Assembly: GCF_009914755.1 (NCBI RefSeq)
Contig: NC_060930.1
Length of the DNA: 64,000 bases
Direction: 5' to 3' (one strand)
Origin: the human T2T-CHM13v2.0 reference genome, Homo sapiens
The notes below the pieces were generated by a model. It was given only the letters and a program-made list of their open reading frames with translations, made no database searches and was not told where the DNA came from. Of the stretch, positions 39,341-52,409 are shown piece by piece. How positions within the stretch are numbered: the first letter of the stretch is position 1; each line of letters starts with the position of its first letter. A program made the position numbers and the translations under genes.

Positions 39341-42300
39341 AACAGTGATGCATGGGACATACAAATTCTAGGGGAAATAAAAGGCAGTTTTCAAGTAGTA
39401 CACTGAAAATTTTGCCATCCATTTTACATAGTACTTCTTTAGATCTTTTTTCAGTGACATGTACTTAATACACTTCTGTATTAAGTCTCAGGTTGTGCCT
39501 AAGTTAGCTTGATGAATCTCGGTTCTGTATTTGAGATTATTTCTAGTTTTTGTAAGTCATTAAAATGCACTTCTTAAAAAATAAAAGGATGAGTTGTAAA
39601 TTGAGGTTAATTCACTGTTTCTTAATGACAGCCAGATCCTTTTAAAATAAAATACAGCAGACAATTAATCACTAATAAATATATTCTAGCTGCCAAAATA
39701 GTAGTTGTAATAATTCAATAACAGTAATTAGATAACCTAGCTTTAAGTGTCTTTAAGTATTAAAATTTTAAGCAGAAAGTTGAAATACAAATATCCTAAG
39801 ATGTAGTGTCATGATTCATAACTTTTAAGTTATTTCAGTTGAAATATACACAGACTTACAAATTAGATATTTCCCATAAATTGTACTCAATACTTTGACT
39901 TGTTTTAACCCATGCAAATAAACACAAATCAAATCGTCATGACTACATGCAGATTGAAATTTGAGTTTTTAAAATTTGATGGGTAAAATGGGGAAAATGC
40001 ACACCTTTCTAAAATACCATACTTAATCCAAGGAAATGAGCAAAGTATGTGTTTATCCTTAATGTTTAATGCCTTTAAAATTTGGAAGTCTACAATGTTT
40101 TTGTGCAGCTATAATTTTCCTTACAGGCTCTCACTTAACCTTAGGGCTCACAATACTTTCATTGTCTGGGATAGTATGCTGATACCAATGTAAATTTATC
40201 GAGCAAATTCTAGAGCTGTTATGAAATTTTAATGTTTTTCCTTTACTCTACCTAGAGGCGCCTGGTTTCTTGTTTCTTTTTAAATATTTCCTCTGAATGT
40301 ATAAAGAAAAGTCATATTTCTTAGAAGTCTTCAGTTATTGGTGAATGCAGAATACTGAAAGGGTTTGCAGAATCTTATTGTACGCATCATTTTCTTATAC
40401 AAAGTTATTGCACGAAAACTTGATGTTGCTATTTAATATTTGCTTTACTGAAATTTAATTATTAATAGTCATGTAGGATGCCACAGTAGCAGATGCAAAT
40501 GCTGACATACATGCAACACCCTTGTAAAATAGATATCACAAAGAATAGCAATAGTGCAGGTTGAAAGTAAGTTAAGAAATACCACTTCAAAAAGAAATAG
40601 TTTAAATGGCTAAAATTCTTGACATTGCTTATTTAACATCCAAACCAAACTAAGAAACAAAGTCAAATCAATTACTTCAAGACAAAAAGTTTCTCTGCAT
40701 TTATAAAACATCCTAGATAAAGCAGGCTACAGTTCTCAATATTTTAAAATATATCATCAAAGTTATGAATTTGCTTCATTTGTCTCTAGAGCACAGCATA
40801 GAGTTACAAAGTAAAAATTTACCACACTAGAGGAAGAAACAACTCTTATTATCTTCCATATGTGTGGATTTTTGTTCTAAGATACATGTGAAAAATAAAA
40901 ATGAGACTAGGCATCACAAGTCTTAAAAACTCATTTTCCCAAAGCATGATTTATAATATCAATCAGTGTAATTATAATTTAATTGTTTCACCAGGCATAT
41001 AGCCTACCTCTATATTGGAAATCAGTTGCTAGTATTCTTAGTCAGAATATTAAGTAATCACCCTTCCCGCCGACCTTCCCTTCCAACTCAGACTAGATTT
41101 GGCAAACACTCATTTTTCAAAAAGATCAACTTGTGCAGTGAGAGAAAGAAAATAAAGAAAAAGCCTTCCAGGAATAAAGAGGAAATAGTAATCGCCAAAC
41201 AAAAAGTCAGATTCATTTTCAATTAAAAGTATATGTATTTTACTCCATCATTTGAATTCTCAGGTAGACTTGTATGTGAGAGCAATTTGAAGGATAAAGT
41301 ATTTTGCAACTGAAAAGTATAAACATTCCAAATTTCAGAGTATGTATTTAAAGTTGTATAAGGCATTGAACATACGGAATAAGCATATGCTGAGAAAGAA
41401 GACATGGGGACAGGAAAAACACCCAGGGCATCACAAAAATTGTGTCTAAAGATAAGCACATTTCAAAGAAAAAAAAAAGGAGCCTTGTAAAAATCTACCT
41501 TTCACAGTGTAGTATTTCCCTGGGTATATCCTAATGTTAGGAACCTTCTGGTAAGGAACAGAGACAATGCAATTCATGTAAGAAGTATTTCTGCACTGTC
41601 ATTCTTTCTGATCATTTTTCTCTTTCCCTCATTAAAATCTGACACATTTCGTTCATTGATATATAAACCAACTATGTCCAATCAACCAATTTTTTTTTTT
41701 TTTGGCTTTTTAAAAGAAACTTGCTCTGAAAAAATTTGAAGCGTTTAAGTCTGTTTTGCTCACAAGGACCTTTCTATTTCACTTTTGGCTTTTTGTTTTT
41801 GTGTTGTTTTCTCCTTGAAAACATTTCTCCTTTCTCTCTATTAGGAGAAAAATCTCCTAATATAAAGATATGACTGCAGCGAAAGACAAATACCCAATAT
41901 AAATGGCATCTGCTTTCTAAATTGTCTCTCAAATTAAAACAAAATTCAAAATCCTTTGAATGTAATTATAAATCTTAAGCAAAAGCTGTCTTAGATTGTA
42001 TTGGAGGGAGTAAGAGGAAAGGGTGGAGATAAGGCCACTTAGAATGTTGAAGAGGCTGGAAGCAGTGGGATAATTTAGGGAAGGTATCACGTTCTAGAAT
42101 CTTTTTGGTGACTACATGGACAAATGCATAACAAAGCAGCATCTATAGTATTAAATTGCTTCAGTTCACTCTCTTTGAGTGAAAAACATATAAATAGAGA
42201 ATATGGTGTGGTCCAAAGGAAGGCAGAGCAGTGCTACACCACTACCATCTGACTTAGATTTGCTTGTTATAACCTGAAAGGGAACTGTAATCACGGGCAG

Positions 42301-43931
42301 CATAGGTTTTTGTCCATCTTGATTTCTAGTTGTTAAGGAAGTCTTGGAAATGCATAATAAAATACAGTCACCAAAAACTTTTGAAATGTTTGGTATTATT
42401 TTTCATGGATGGTGACATTGCCGAATAGTTTTAAATGAACAGAAGATTTTTCAATATGCTTCATATTATTACATGTTCCTAAGATTGTTTTTATATTATT
42501 TCTTGAGAGCAAATGTTATCCTATCAATAGACTTAAGGACATAAAATTATTATTTCAATGTAGTTATTAATCAAGGGAGATTTCTACTTTTTTTCTTGAG
42601 ATTTTAACTGCAATGCAAACTGCATGAAAATAAGGGCAGAATTTATTTTGGTCACCGGTGTAAAGCAGTACATATTAGTGGCTCAGTTAATATTTGTATA
42701 ACAGTCTATTTTCTTAGCAAAGATGAACAATATTCCAGGGAATTTTTTAAGGGCAGGTCTCTCTGAAGTGATAGTTATAAGGATTCCTTAAGCTGATGAG
42801 TTGATGAATTGCTGCATCTCTTAGTATGCAGCCCCCCTAACCTTCTAAAGTTTCCTTTCATAAAGAAACTTGCCAGTTACACATCTTACCCCAGAGTTTT
42901 GAATCTAACTACAAACTTCTGTCAATACTAGGCAATTGGAATAACTCAGAAGAGAAAGCATTATATAAAGAATTACATTAGAACTTGCAAAATACCTCGG
43001 TCTATCATTACAAGGACAGCATATTGAATTAAAGTAGCCCTTGGCCCAAATGAGCAACTTCTACTCCTGTCAGTTAACACCTCATTCCTTTGCACTGTAA
43101 TTGCTTATTGTATGTTTTGTTTTGTTTTGTTTTGTTGGTGCTGTTTTTATGACCCATATTACAATGCAAGAAGCCCTGAAAATGACCATTTTTAAGGAAC
43201 ATTAGCAATTAACAGCACACCTGCTAAGGCTCAGTAGGTACATGCAGACTTGAAACACATAGTAGACCCTGGGATGAGGTGGGGTCTGGAGCATGGAAGA
43301 ATACACTAAAGGCATGTTTGTGAGTATCAAAGTAAATGCTTATAAGCCCACACTATTTATACTTTTGTAGATGGCTGACTCTAACTACAAGTATTTTACC
43401 AATAAGTTGACCAATTCAAAACCCGTGATAGTTCATGAAAGGCACGACTGCCAAGTTACCCCAAAATTCCCATTAACAGCAACTTGATCCTCAGAAGGAA
43501 GTAAAATCTATAAATGTCACTAGTCTGATATGTTCACAATGAGACAATTTAAAGAAAACTTAAAAATTATCTAATGCAAAATGGCCTTGATGGCAGACCT
43601 ACTATTATCTGTAATGCTTTAATGAAATGGCCCTACTATTCCATAGCATTCTTTTTTCCTAGGAAGCAGATAATATTTTATAGGGTCTTCTTCAAAACCT
43701 TTAAGATAAATTTACAGCCTAACAAATTGGCCCAAGATATATGACAGAAATTGTCCATCAGGAACGTAAAGAACTTGTGTATACATCATCCAAGATCCAT
43801 TAATATTCTGTGATATGAGAGGATATGGACTATCTGCTTCCTAAGACATAATACCCTAAGGAAATATAATAATGGGGAACATAACAATAATTATTAATAT
43901 TCAAGCTGTACATGTAAATATCCCTCTAACA

Positions 43932-44110
43932 CGAAGGCTCTCAAACCAGGCTGCACATTAGAATCACAAACCGGGGACAGGAGGACATTTTAAGAAATAC
44001 TAAGAGTAGGGCCACACCCAAGACCAATTGTATCACAACTCTTGAGAATGATCCCAAGCATTAGTATTTTTCAGTACTGATTAATATGTAGCCAAAGTTG
44101 AGAATGACTA
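43932..44110. mobile_element. MER5-like hAT-Charlie MITE
   Basis: gctctcaaaccaggctgcacattagaatcac...gggccacacccaagaccaattgtatca...atgtagccaaagttgagaatgact. Confidence 0.8.
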
Positions 44111-45330
44111 ACAAATAATCTTGGCAACATATAGATCACTGCACATATAATAAGCTATATATTTCAGTATCATAACAACTTCAAATTAGAGCAAGATTTT
44201 TTTATTTTTTCCCTGATCGCTACTAAGTTTCTATGATATGTAAATAAATTATTCTTTAAACAGATACACAATGCTTGCATCAAGAAAAACGTTTCCATCC
44301 ATTTACAGACTAAATACTAGGCTATTCTGTACCTACTATAGCAGTAATTAAAACAGTTCCTACTCTTCCCAAAATTAGAGGTCAGTTGTTTCTAGAACAA
44401 TTTCCTTAAGTGTTTGTATTTCGAATACTAAGCTTAAAATGCAGTTTCTTAGACACAAAGTGCTACTATTTCACAGAGGGAATAAGAATATATTTTTCAA
44501 AATGGTATCTACTTATTACACAGTCCTCTGCTCTTATTTGTAGTTTTTTTCTTAGATTATAATATAATGTGAATTATAAAGCCTCCTCTACTACAAAGCT
44601 TTAAAATCTAATTTTAAAAAATTCAGTCATTATTTGAACTCATATAAAAAGAACTCTTCATATCTGTACTGGATATGTTCAGTTCTGAAGTTTTCCCATT
44701 TTCTTGGTTTTTGGAGAGAGCCATGTGCATGGGTGTGCATGCACATGCATCTTCCTCAGAGGTGCATGTTTATTTCTGAAGTTTCCTCTTACACTGGATC
44801 TCCTTTCCGTCTTCATTTCCCAGTTACTTCCTACATTTAAAATGTATTGATTTTATCTTCTTATACTTTGCATTCTGTTTATATCTTTTGTTCCTCTATT
44901 TTACAATAAACTTTTTATCTTGAGTCTCCATTTTTAAAAGGCTTATCCCTCCTAGTTTTCTTATCTAGAACTCTCTTTCAAGTGTGTAACTGTTTTCTTT
45001 ATCTCTCACCTTTCACCACCCCTTTCTTCCTACAGAGAGGGATTTAATCCTACCATCTCTTCTCCTAATCTCCAGTTCTTTTTTCTTTCTTCTAGAACAG
45101 TTGTATTTTTATAGCTGCACGTTCACCAGCAAGACAGTGATGACATCGATCTGCAGTATAATAATATTCTTCCCATCTTATAACTTCATTTTACTTTTAA
45201 ACTGCTTTTGCGGAAACAGATGCAAATATTGTACCCTATTTACCCAACCCAAGAAGATCAGTGTTTTCAGATGTAGATATAAATTCTTTTGAAATATTCA
45301 CAACTTTTTCACTATTTCTGGCCAAAACAA

Positions 45331-45370
45331 TGATAATAATAATAATAATAACAATAACAGTAATAATAAC
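45331..45370 (+). repeat. (AAT/AAC)n trinucleotide repeat
   Basis: Directly visible. Confidence 0.85.
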
Positions 45371-45379
45371 TCTGAATTT

Positions 45380-45545
45380 GTTTTTTAGAGATGCGTCTCA
45401 CTTATGTGTCCCATCCTGGAGTGCAATGGTTATTCACAGGCATGATCACAGCACACTACAAACTATAACTCCTGAGCTCAGGCAACGCCCCCACCTTTTC
45501 CTCTTGAGTAGCTAACACTTATAAGCATGTGCCACTGAATCCAGC
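45380..45545 (-). mobile_element. FAM-like fossil Alu monomer (7SL-derived)
   Basis: Carries the 7SL/FAM-type segment ggttattcacaggcatgatcacagcacactaca; perfect 15-bp TSD aataactctgaattt at 45365-45379 and 45546-45560. Confidence 0.88.
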
Positions 45546-46469
45546 AATAACTCTGAATTTTAACGAGATATGCAGCCTCATAGTAAGAATACAAGAAAAT
45601 AACCTAAGTAGCTGTGGAAATTATATCCTGTCAGTTCTCACTTATAATGAATAATTATCTTTGACTCTAAGGAATTAACTTCTTACCATCCAATAATTTT
45701 ATATTCTGGCATGAGATATTTTCTTTTAATAGTAGGCTCTAATCCAATATGCAATCTCACTTAATACTGTGTCTTCTAAAAAGTCTTCTAAGATTTGTGT
45801 TTTCCTCCAACCACTTCTAGGGAAATAAAGTTAAGCAAAATTGTCTACAATTTCTACAATAATCCAGAAACTCCACATATGTAAATATACTACATACTAC
45901 ATATATATTTTAAGCATGCTTCTTAAATCAGTGATAAAGGCACATTAGAAAAAGATCAATCTAATAACATCCCTTACACAGAGTCAGACAAGTGTCAACA
46001 CTCACAACTAGTCAAGCTTTTCAAGAGCTCTCTAGATGCCCAAAGTTATTTCCATGGAAATCTAGAGCAGTTCAAATATTCTCAGCTTAGTCTATAAATC
46101 TAAATATACAGATTTCAATGGGTGCTTGCCTCTGCAATTGTAAGCCCAAGAACAGGCTAGCATGATCTTCCTACCAAATTGAAATATAAATCACCCATAT
46201 ATGATAGAATCAGAATCTCTTAGATGGATAAAATCAATAACTACAGGGCATAAGCTTAAAACTCATTACTCTATGATATGAATACTATATCTTTGCAACT
46301 ATCCAAATGTCATTTGGATGCTTGAAACTTTTTAGTAGAAAGTTTCTATTCCTTATCACTTATCATGTAATCAAAGAATGTTGTAAAAATTCTTCAGTTC
46401 TCATTGCTCATGGTTTTTCCACTTCCATGACTAATGCCAGGGATATTTAAGAAGCATGGTGCTTGCCAA

Positions 46470-48090
46470 GGAAAGTGCATAGGGCTTGAAGCCAGGAAAC
46501 AAGATTTATATCTTGTTTTTGCCACTTACTGTCTGAATGACCTTGGAAAAGTCACAGTGGAATCACACAACTACAGAGTAACAGCAAAGAGTCACTTTTC
46601 TGAATCTAAGTTTCTTCATCTGTGAAATGGAGAAAAAAAGAGTCCCTTATCATGAGGCTGTTGAGCCCATTAAATGAGAACATGTATGAGAAAATGCTTC
46701 ATAAAAGTCAACATGTTTCATAACTTATTATCATGGGCACTTCGCCCAGTAAAATTGAGATTCTTGTGAGCTTTTCCATTGGTTACTTCACACTGACAAC
46801 CTGGGATTCAATGTTTGTATTTCTGTTTCATCACTTGAAGAAGAGAAAAAGACTTAAGAATTACTATGAAAAGATCATTTCACCAAATAAAATTGTTATG
46901 TCTACAGATAGACAAAGTTAGACAAAGCCAGGGATTTCATGCTGTTATCTTTCTGTACAATCTCCTAATATCCTGGAGGACATACAGCATTTCTCTCCTT
47001 GGTGATATTTCCTCATTGTTTTAACAGCACATCTCAAATCTGTTCTCATGGTATCCTACTGCAGTAGCAATAGAGAAAAATAGGCTTGATTCACTAACTG
47101 CTCTTCCACTGCACAAGGAAATAAAATTAAAATGCACATCTACCCTGAGGTTTTTCATTAGTGTTAAGGGAGGCTGTCAACTTCTGAATATGATGAGTGA
47201 AAAGAGAAAAAGTTAGCTTGTTCACCCTTGAAGCAAGCAATACACAACCAACTAACAGCTTGGTAAAAGAATCATCTAAAGCATATAGATAATTGCCTAC
47301 AAGGATGTGGTATTTGACAGTGGAGACGTTTACTTTACATAATTGGGAGCATTGGGTTTTGAATTAGAACTGATTCAAGCACTGGTTTTGCTACTGTCTG
47401 CTTTGTTACATGTGAAATGTCACTTAACACATCTGCCTCGGTTTCTTTACCTTAAAAAAGGGATATTAATAAGAAATATTTCAGAAGATTTTTATAATCA
47501 TTAAAGGATGCAGTATGTGAATATTCTTTCATAAATGTAATCACTATCTTAGCATTTGTCACATTATTCAGATCACTGTGGAGAAGTGTATAATTTTCAT
47601 ACCTTTACAAAGAGATCGCCCAAAACATTTAGCATGCTACTGCACATTTAGATTTTTAAAAATATGGTAGTGAAGGGGAGGTGTAGTATATAGCATTTTC
47701 CAAAAAAATTTTACTATGGAATCACAGTATCTAAGGAGCTAAGAAGGTGATTATCCAAGGAGCTGATTGCCATCATGCAAAACATATCCTAAGACTGATT
47801 TTCAACCAGAACATCTGGAAAAGAGTACGTCTGTCTTGTTATAAATGGAGAAGCAAAATAACACAACAATTGAAAGCCTCTGCTCAGGAACTAGACTAAA
47901 TTTGTATCTCACTCCACCATTTCATAATTGTATAAGCACTATCTGCCTCAGTTTCCTGATCTGTAAAATGGAGATAATGGCAGGTGCTATCACTTAGGGT
48001 TTTATGAAGATTAAATAAGTTAATAAACATAAAAAGACTTGGCATGGGTCCTGACACAAAATAAATAATAAGTGTCAAGTGTTATAATAT
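46470..48090 (+). mobile_element. Three MIR copies (~46470-46730, ~47350-47570, ~47870-48090)
   Basis: Each has the MIR core: agtttcttcatctgtgaaatgg / gcctcggtttctttaccttaaaa / gcctcagtttcctgatctgtaaaatggagataat. Confidence 0.75.
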
Positions 48091-51000
48091 TTTACTACTT
48101 CTTGAAGGATGGAAATTTCTTCTTATGCATTATTGTTGCCTCAGTGTTATAGGAACAGTGTTTGATATATAGATGTCCAATAGAATGAATATTCATAGAG
48201 TGAAATTTATAAATTTGCTTAAAAATATTTACAAACCATCTATAAGCAATGACAACTATTAAATTAACATTATAATTATTCATATATTTTATTACTTTAC
48301 TAATATTGTATCAAAGTCTAAGAAATGTATGTCACAATTGTGACTGGTCCATATAAACTTTTACACAGTTTATATGACAACACAGCTTAAAAAAATGCAT
48401 TCTCCAGTTTAATACATAGCAGTCAAAATGCTTATCTACTAAAGGATATTTTCTTATGCCAATATGACCTATAACAACACTAAATTCCTTGAGAAACACA
48501 CATAGAAGTAAGCAAACATAGTATGAATCCAAGGTATAAAAATCAGTTCACGGTTTTTGCTCTCTCTCTTCCCAAGTCTCACTGACCAGCCGTAGACAAT
48601 TTGACTGTCATTTCCGCTCTTTCAATTGAGAAGCAAGTGAGTAGAAGAAAGATAAAATTATAACTAGTGTAACCTATTCTGTCCTAGAAGTCTTTCTTAA
48701 GTTAGCTGGTTAAGGAGTCTTACATGACTAAATAAGTCATTTAAAAAGACTTTGTCACTAACATTGATAAGTGAAAAATAAATGCATTTTATTCATTTTG
48801 ATAAAATCAATTATAAAAACTTATTTGGGCTTACCAAATAAAAATAGCTATCATTCAAATATGTAAAGGCTTTGTTTAAAACTTGTTTCAAATTTGCTAT
48901 GAGTGGTTCATTAATTTATATTTAGTATTATTTGCCAAATATACCCAATTCATAACTTTTATATACATATTTAAAGATAAAATTCTCAAGTTCAAAAATG
49001 TAATTATAATAAATGGTAGAATTTACTTTTTCCACGTTTATGAGAGTAAAAATGAAAGTCTTTTGGTGTTCAGACCAAACTCAAAAAAAATCCCTAAACT
49101 TCTGTTTTAGAATTTTGATGCCAAGCCTTTGCTAAGGAAGTAACAATCCACAGCACTGTTGCAAACCTCTAAAGAAATTAGTTTTTATACAAACACTGAC
49201 AGGCTCTGACCATCAGTGGCATTAGAAGGCGCCACCATAATTGCAGTCTCCTTAAGACATAACTTATTTCAGGCTAAGTAGGAGAGCCAATATTTTGTAT
49301 TTTAATTAAGAAACCTGGATTTTGTTTGTAATAATTGACTGTTAAGTCAATTCTTGCCAGGACATACTTGTAAAAGAGAATTTGTGCCTCCAATAAGCTT
49401 TCATTTAAGATTTTCTGGAACAGATTTGGAATTTGGGATTGAAATCTGTTTCAATTATTTATGTTAGCTGCTTTCATTGTAATACTAATAGCTGAAGATT
49501 GTATTTGTATGTATTTTCAATAGATGAAAATATTCATAAATGTTTATTATTTTCTTCTTGAAGAAAATGTTGAAAGATAATGATGAAATTATATTGTCTG
49601 TTACGAACTCTCAATCCAAACTATTCCCCTTATTAACTAGTTAGACATGAAGATAAATCACTGTTTTCATAGTGTTACAAAATAAATTAATTAATATTAA
49701 AGACAGAGTAGAACACCAAAGAGACAATCTAGTAACAAAGTATTTTAGATGTAAAACACCCATATGATGATGTTGAAAATGTCTAATTTTTGGCTGTTCA
49801 GATCAAACTATTCTATACAGTAATGCTTTAATGTTCTTATACTCAAAAAATGCTACTCAATTATAATTATTTTAAGTACATGTGATAGTAGTATTTATTA
49901 ATTTAATAAAAGTCAATTGTTTTAAAAGTTAATTAGAATACATCTGAAAATTTTACCTCTGGAGAATGAGTTTCCAAAGGAAACTAGATGGAACACTGCC
50001 ACCTCTTGGTTATATAAATTGTAAAGTTGCAGAAATTTACTGTAACCTTTTTGAATGGAAATGTTTAGACACACTTTAAGCTTTTAGAAATAATAATCCT
50101 ATCTCTATTGCTATGAAAATATACATCTTTAAATTTTTGCTTTTCAGTTACAGTTCTTTAAGTATTTCACTTACCATTTTACTAAGTTTGTCCAAAAACT
50201 CTTGAACTTTAGAACCTGGAAACAATTCTTCATGTTTATTTTGTAAAGAATGGCAAGTAATGACCTTGTAATGAAAAACACAAAGGGACTTTTATATCCT
50301 GGGTCTCTGTTGTGAACATTTCTATTACTTCTTTTATACCAAACCACACCACTAACCTAGAGAACAGTATTTTGCAACGACACACTCAAATATGCCGAAA
50401 CACTAATTACATTTCTTTCGGCTAGAAGGATTTATACCTTCTCACCCCATAAGTATTTTATGTACACAGTTTTAAATTATAGGGTAAAAAATTATACAGT
50501 AAGTACCTAGGCACATCTAGAGACTAATTTCGTGGGTGAAAAGAAATGAAAGGCTCTACATAGACATAGATTTCACGTAGGACAGGATCTGAAATTATGA
50601 GGTTGTCTCTACATGGGGTCAATGTAAAATAAAGGAAATCAAGGATGGGAAGGAAGATATACATTGATAAATAAAGTAAATAAAGGAATTGGTTCAACAA
50701 CAAATTTCAAAAGTAAATAAAGGAATTGGTTCAATAACAAATTCTATTATTATTTTTCAGTACAGTTCTTACAACCTGATTGTAGTAAAAAAGCACATCT
50801 CTTGCTACATAAGTAAACAGTAAATCACATGTAATCAAAATAATGAAGTGAAATATACAGATGAGCTTAAAGGAAAATAAGAGAAATTCCTAGGCACCAA
50901 CAACAAAGAAGAAATGTAAAACCAGATAATTTACAAAATGACTCAATAGATGTTTAGGGGGTTATCAGGCTCAGGAAAAGCCGCATTTCTAGGGGATGCA

Positions 51001-51218
51001 GATTAACTGTCCATATAGAGACATGAATATTACCTTGGACTTACATGAAGATAGATGTTGAACTTGAGATCCTTATAGAGAGCTAGGAAAATAAAGGGGG
51101 GACCTCTGAGCAATTGAAGAGAGAGATAAAATAATAACCCCTAGTGAAGTAATATTTGATTTGGCCTAAGGATATAAGTGAAAAATAAATTAAAATTCTC
51201 CTTTAAAAATTAAAACAA

Positions 51219-51560
51219 GGCCGGGCATGGTGGCTCACAACTGTAATCCCAGCACTTTGGGAGGCCGAAGCAGGTGGATCACGAGGTCAGGAGTTCAAGA
51301 CCAGCCTGGGCAAGACAGTGAAACCATCTCTACTAAACATACAAAAATTAGCCTAGCAGGGTGGCGGGCATCTGTAATCCCAGTTACTCAGGAGGCTGAG
51401 GCAGAGAATTGCTTGCACCCGGGAGGCAGAGGTTGCAGTGAGCCAAGATCGCGCCACTGCACTCCAGCCTGGGCAACAGAGCAAGATTCCGTCTCAAAAA
51501 ATACAATACGATACGATACGATACGATACGATATGATACGATACGATACGATAAATAAAT
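51219..51560 (+). mobile_element. AluS (Sg-like) with (ATACG)n expansion in its tail
   Basis: ggccgggcatggtggctcac...ggatcacgaggtcaggagttcaagaccagcctgg...gcaagattccgtctcaaaaa. Confidence 0.96.
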
Positions 51561-52409
51561 AAAATTAAATAGTTCATGGTACTCTGCTGTCCTTAAGGTT
51601 AGTGGTAGAATTCCCAAGTCTCAATATTAAAAACTTGTTTTAAACCAATTGAACAAACATAGCATAGATACATATTAATAGCTTCCCTTTAAGCACTAGA
51701 GTCCACAGAATTCTGCACAGGGAGAAAATACTTATTAAAGAAAAGTTTAAAATCAAAAACTACAAACCATATAAGGAAGCAATCTAAACTGAGCAGGAGC
51801 TGTCAAGTAAGACAGCAGGAAGTACTGCACATCCCCAAACTGGAGGGAATAAAACCATCCAAAGTAAACTTTTAAAACTATGTTTAAAATGGTAAAGCCA
51901 CAACAAAAGAAATAGAAATCATAATTTTTTAAAGCAGGACATTGATAAAAGAACAGGAGGATTTGAAAATTAATAAAAATTTAATAGAAATAAAATTATG
52001 AACACCAATTTTTTAAAAAATCAATCAATAAATGGTCCGATTTCACACAGCTGAAGGGAAAAATTTAATGAAGATAGATCTGGGAAATGTATCCACATAT
52101 ATTACAAAAAAGATACAGAAAGAAATATAAAAAAGATAGTTGGATATCTATCTTTTCAATACATGGCAGGTTTCTCTTAAACAGTGTCTTTGTCTCAATA
52201 TAATATTTACAAAGAGATTTCAATAACAACTACCCTAATAGTCACTACTATTAATACTCTCAAGTATTGCTTGAAACAATCATAGAAAAACTTTCCATGG
52301 TGCAGGTAGCCAAATAGTAAGAATGTCTTCAAAATTGTTAAAGAATATTCATATGTTCTTCAGTGTAAAAATGTGAATACCTCAAGAAAATGTTTTGGTT
52401 TAGGTCCTG

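Noticed and set aside
40248-40265. CTCF-like CCTAGAGGCGCC
   Set aside because: One base short between AG and GGC relative to the CTCF core
50673-50743. CRISPR-like repeat (34-37 bp unit)
   Set aside because: Only two adjacent copies, no spacers, no cas genes, eukaryotic context
51227-51617. Alu-derived ORFs (also 16278, 21496, 58036-58328, 62918), including the IRYDT/YRIVS repeats
   Set aside because: Typical Alu translations plus an STR; no evidence of coding
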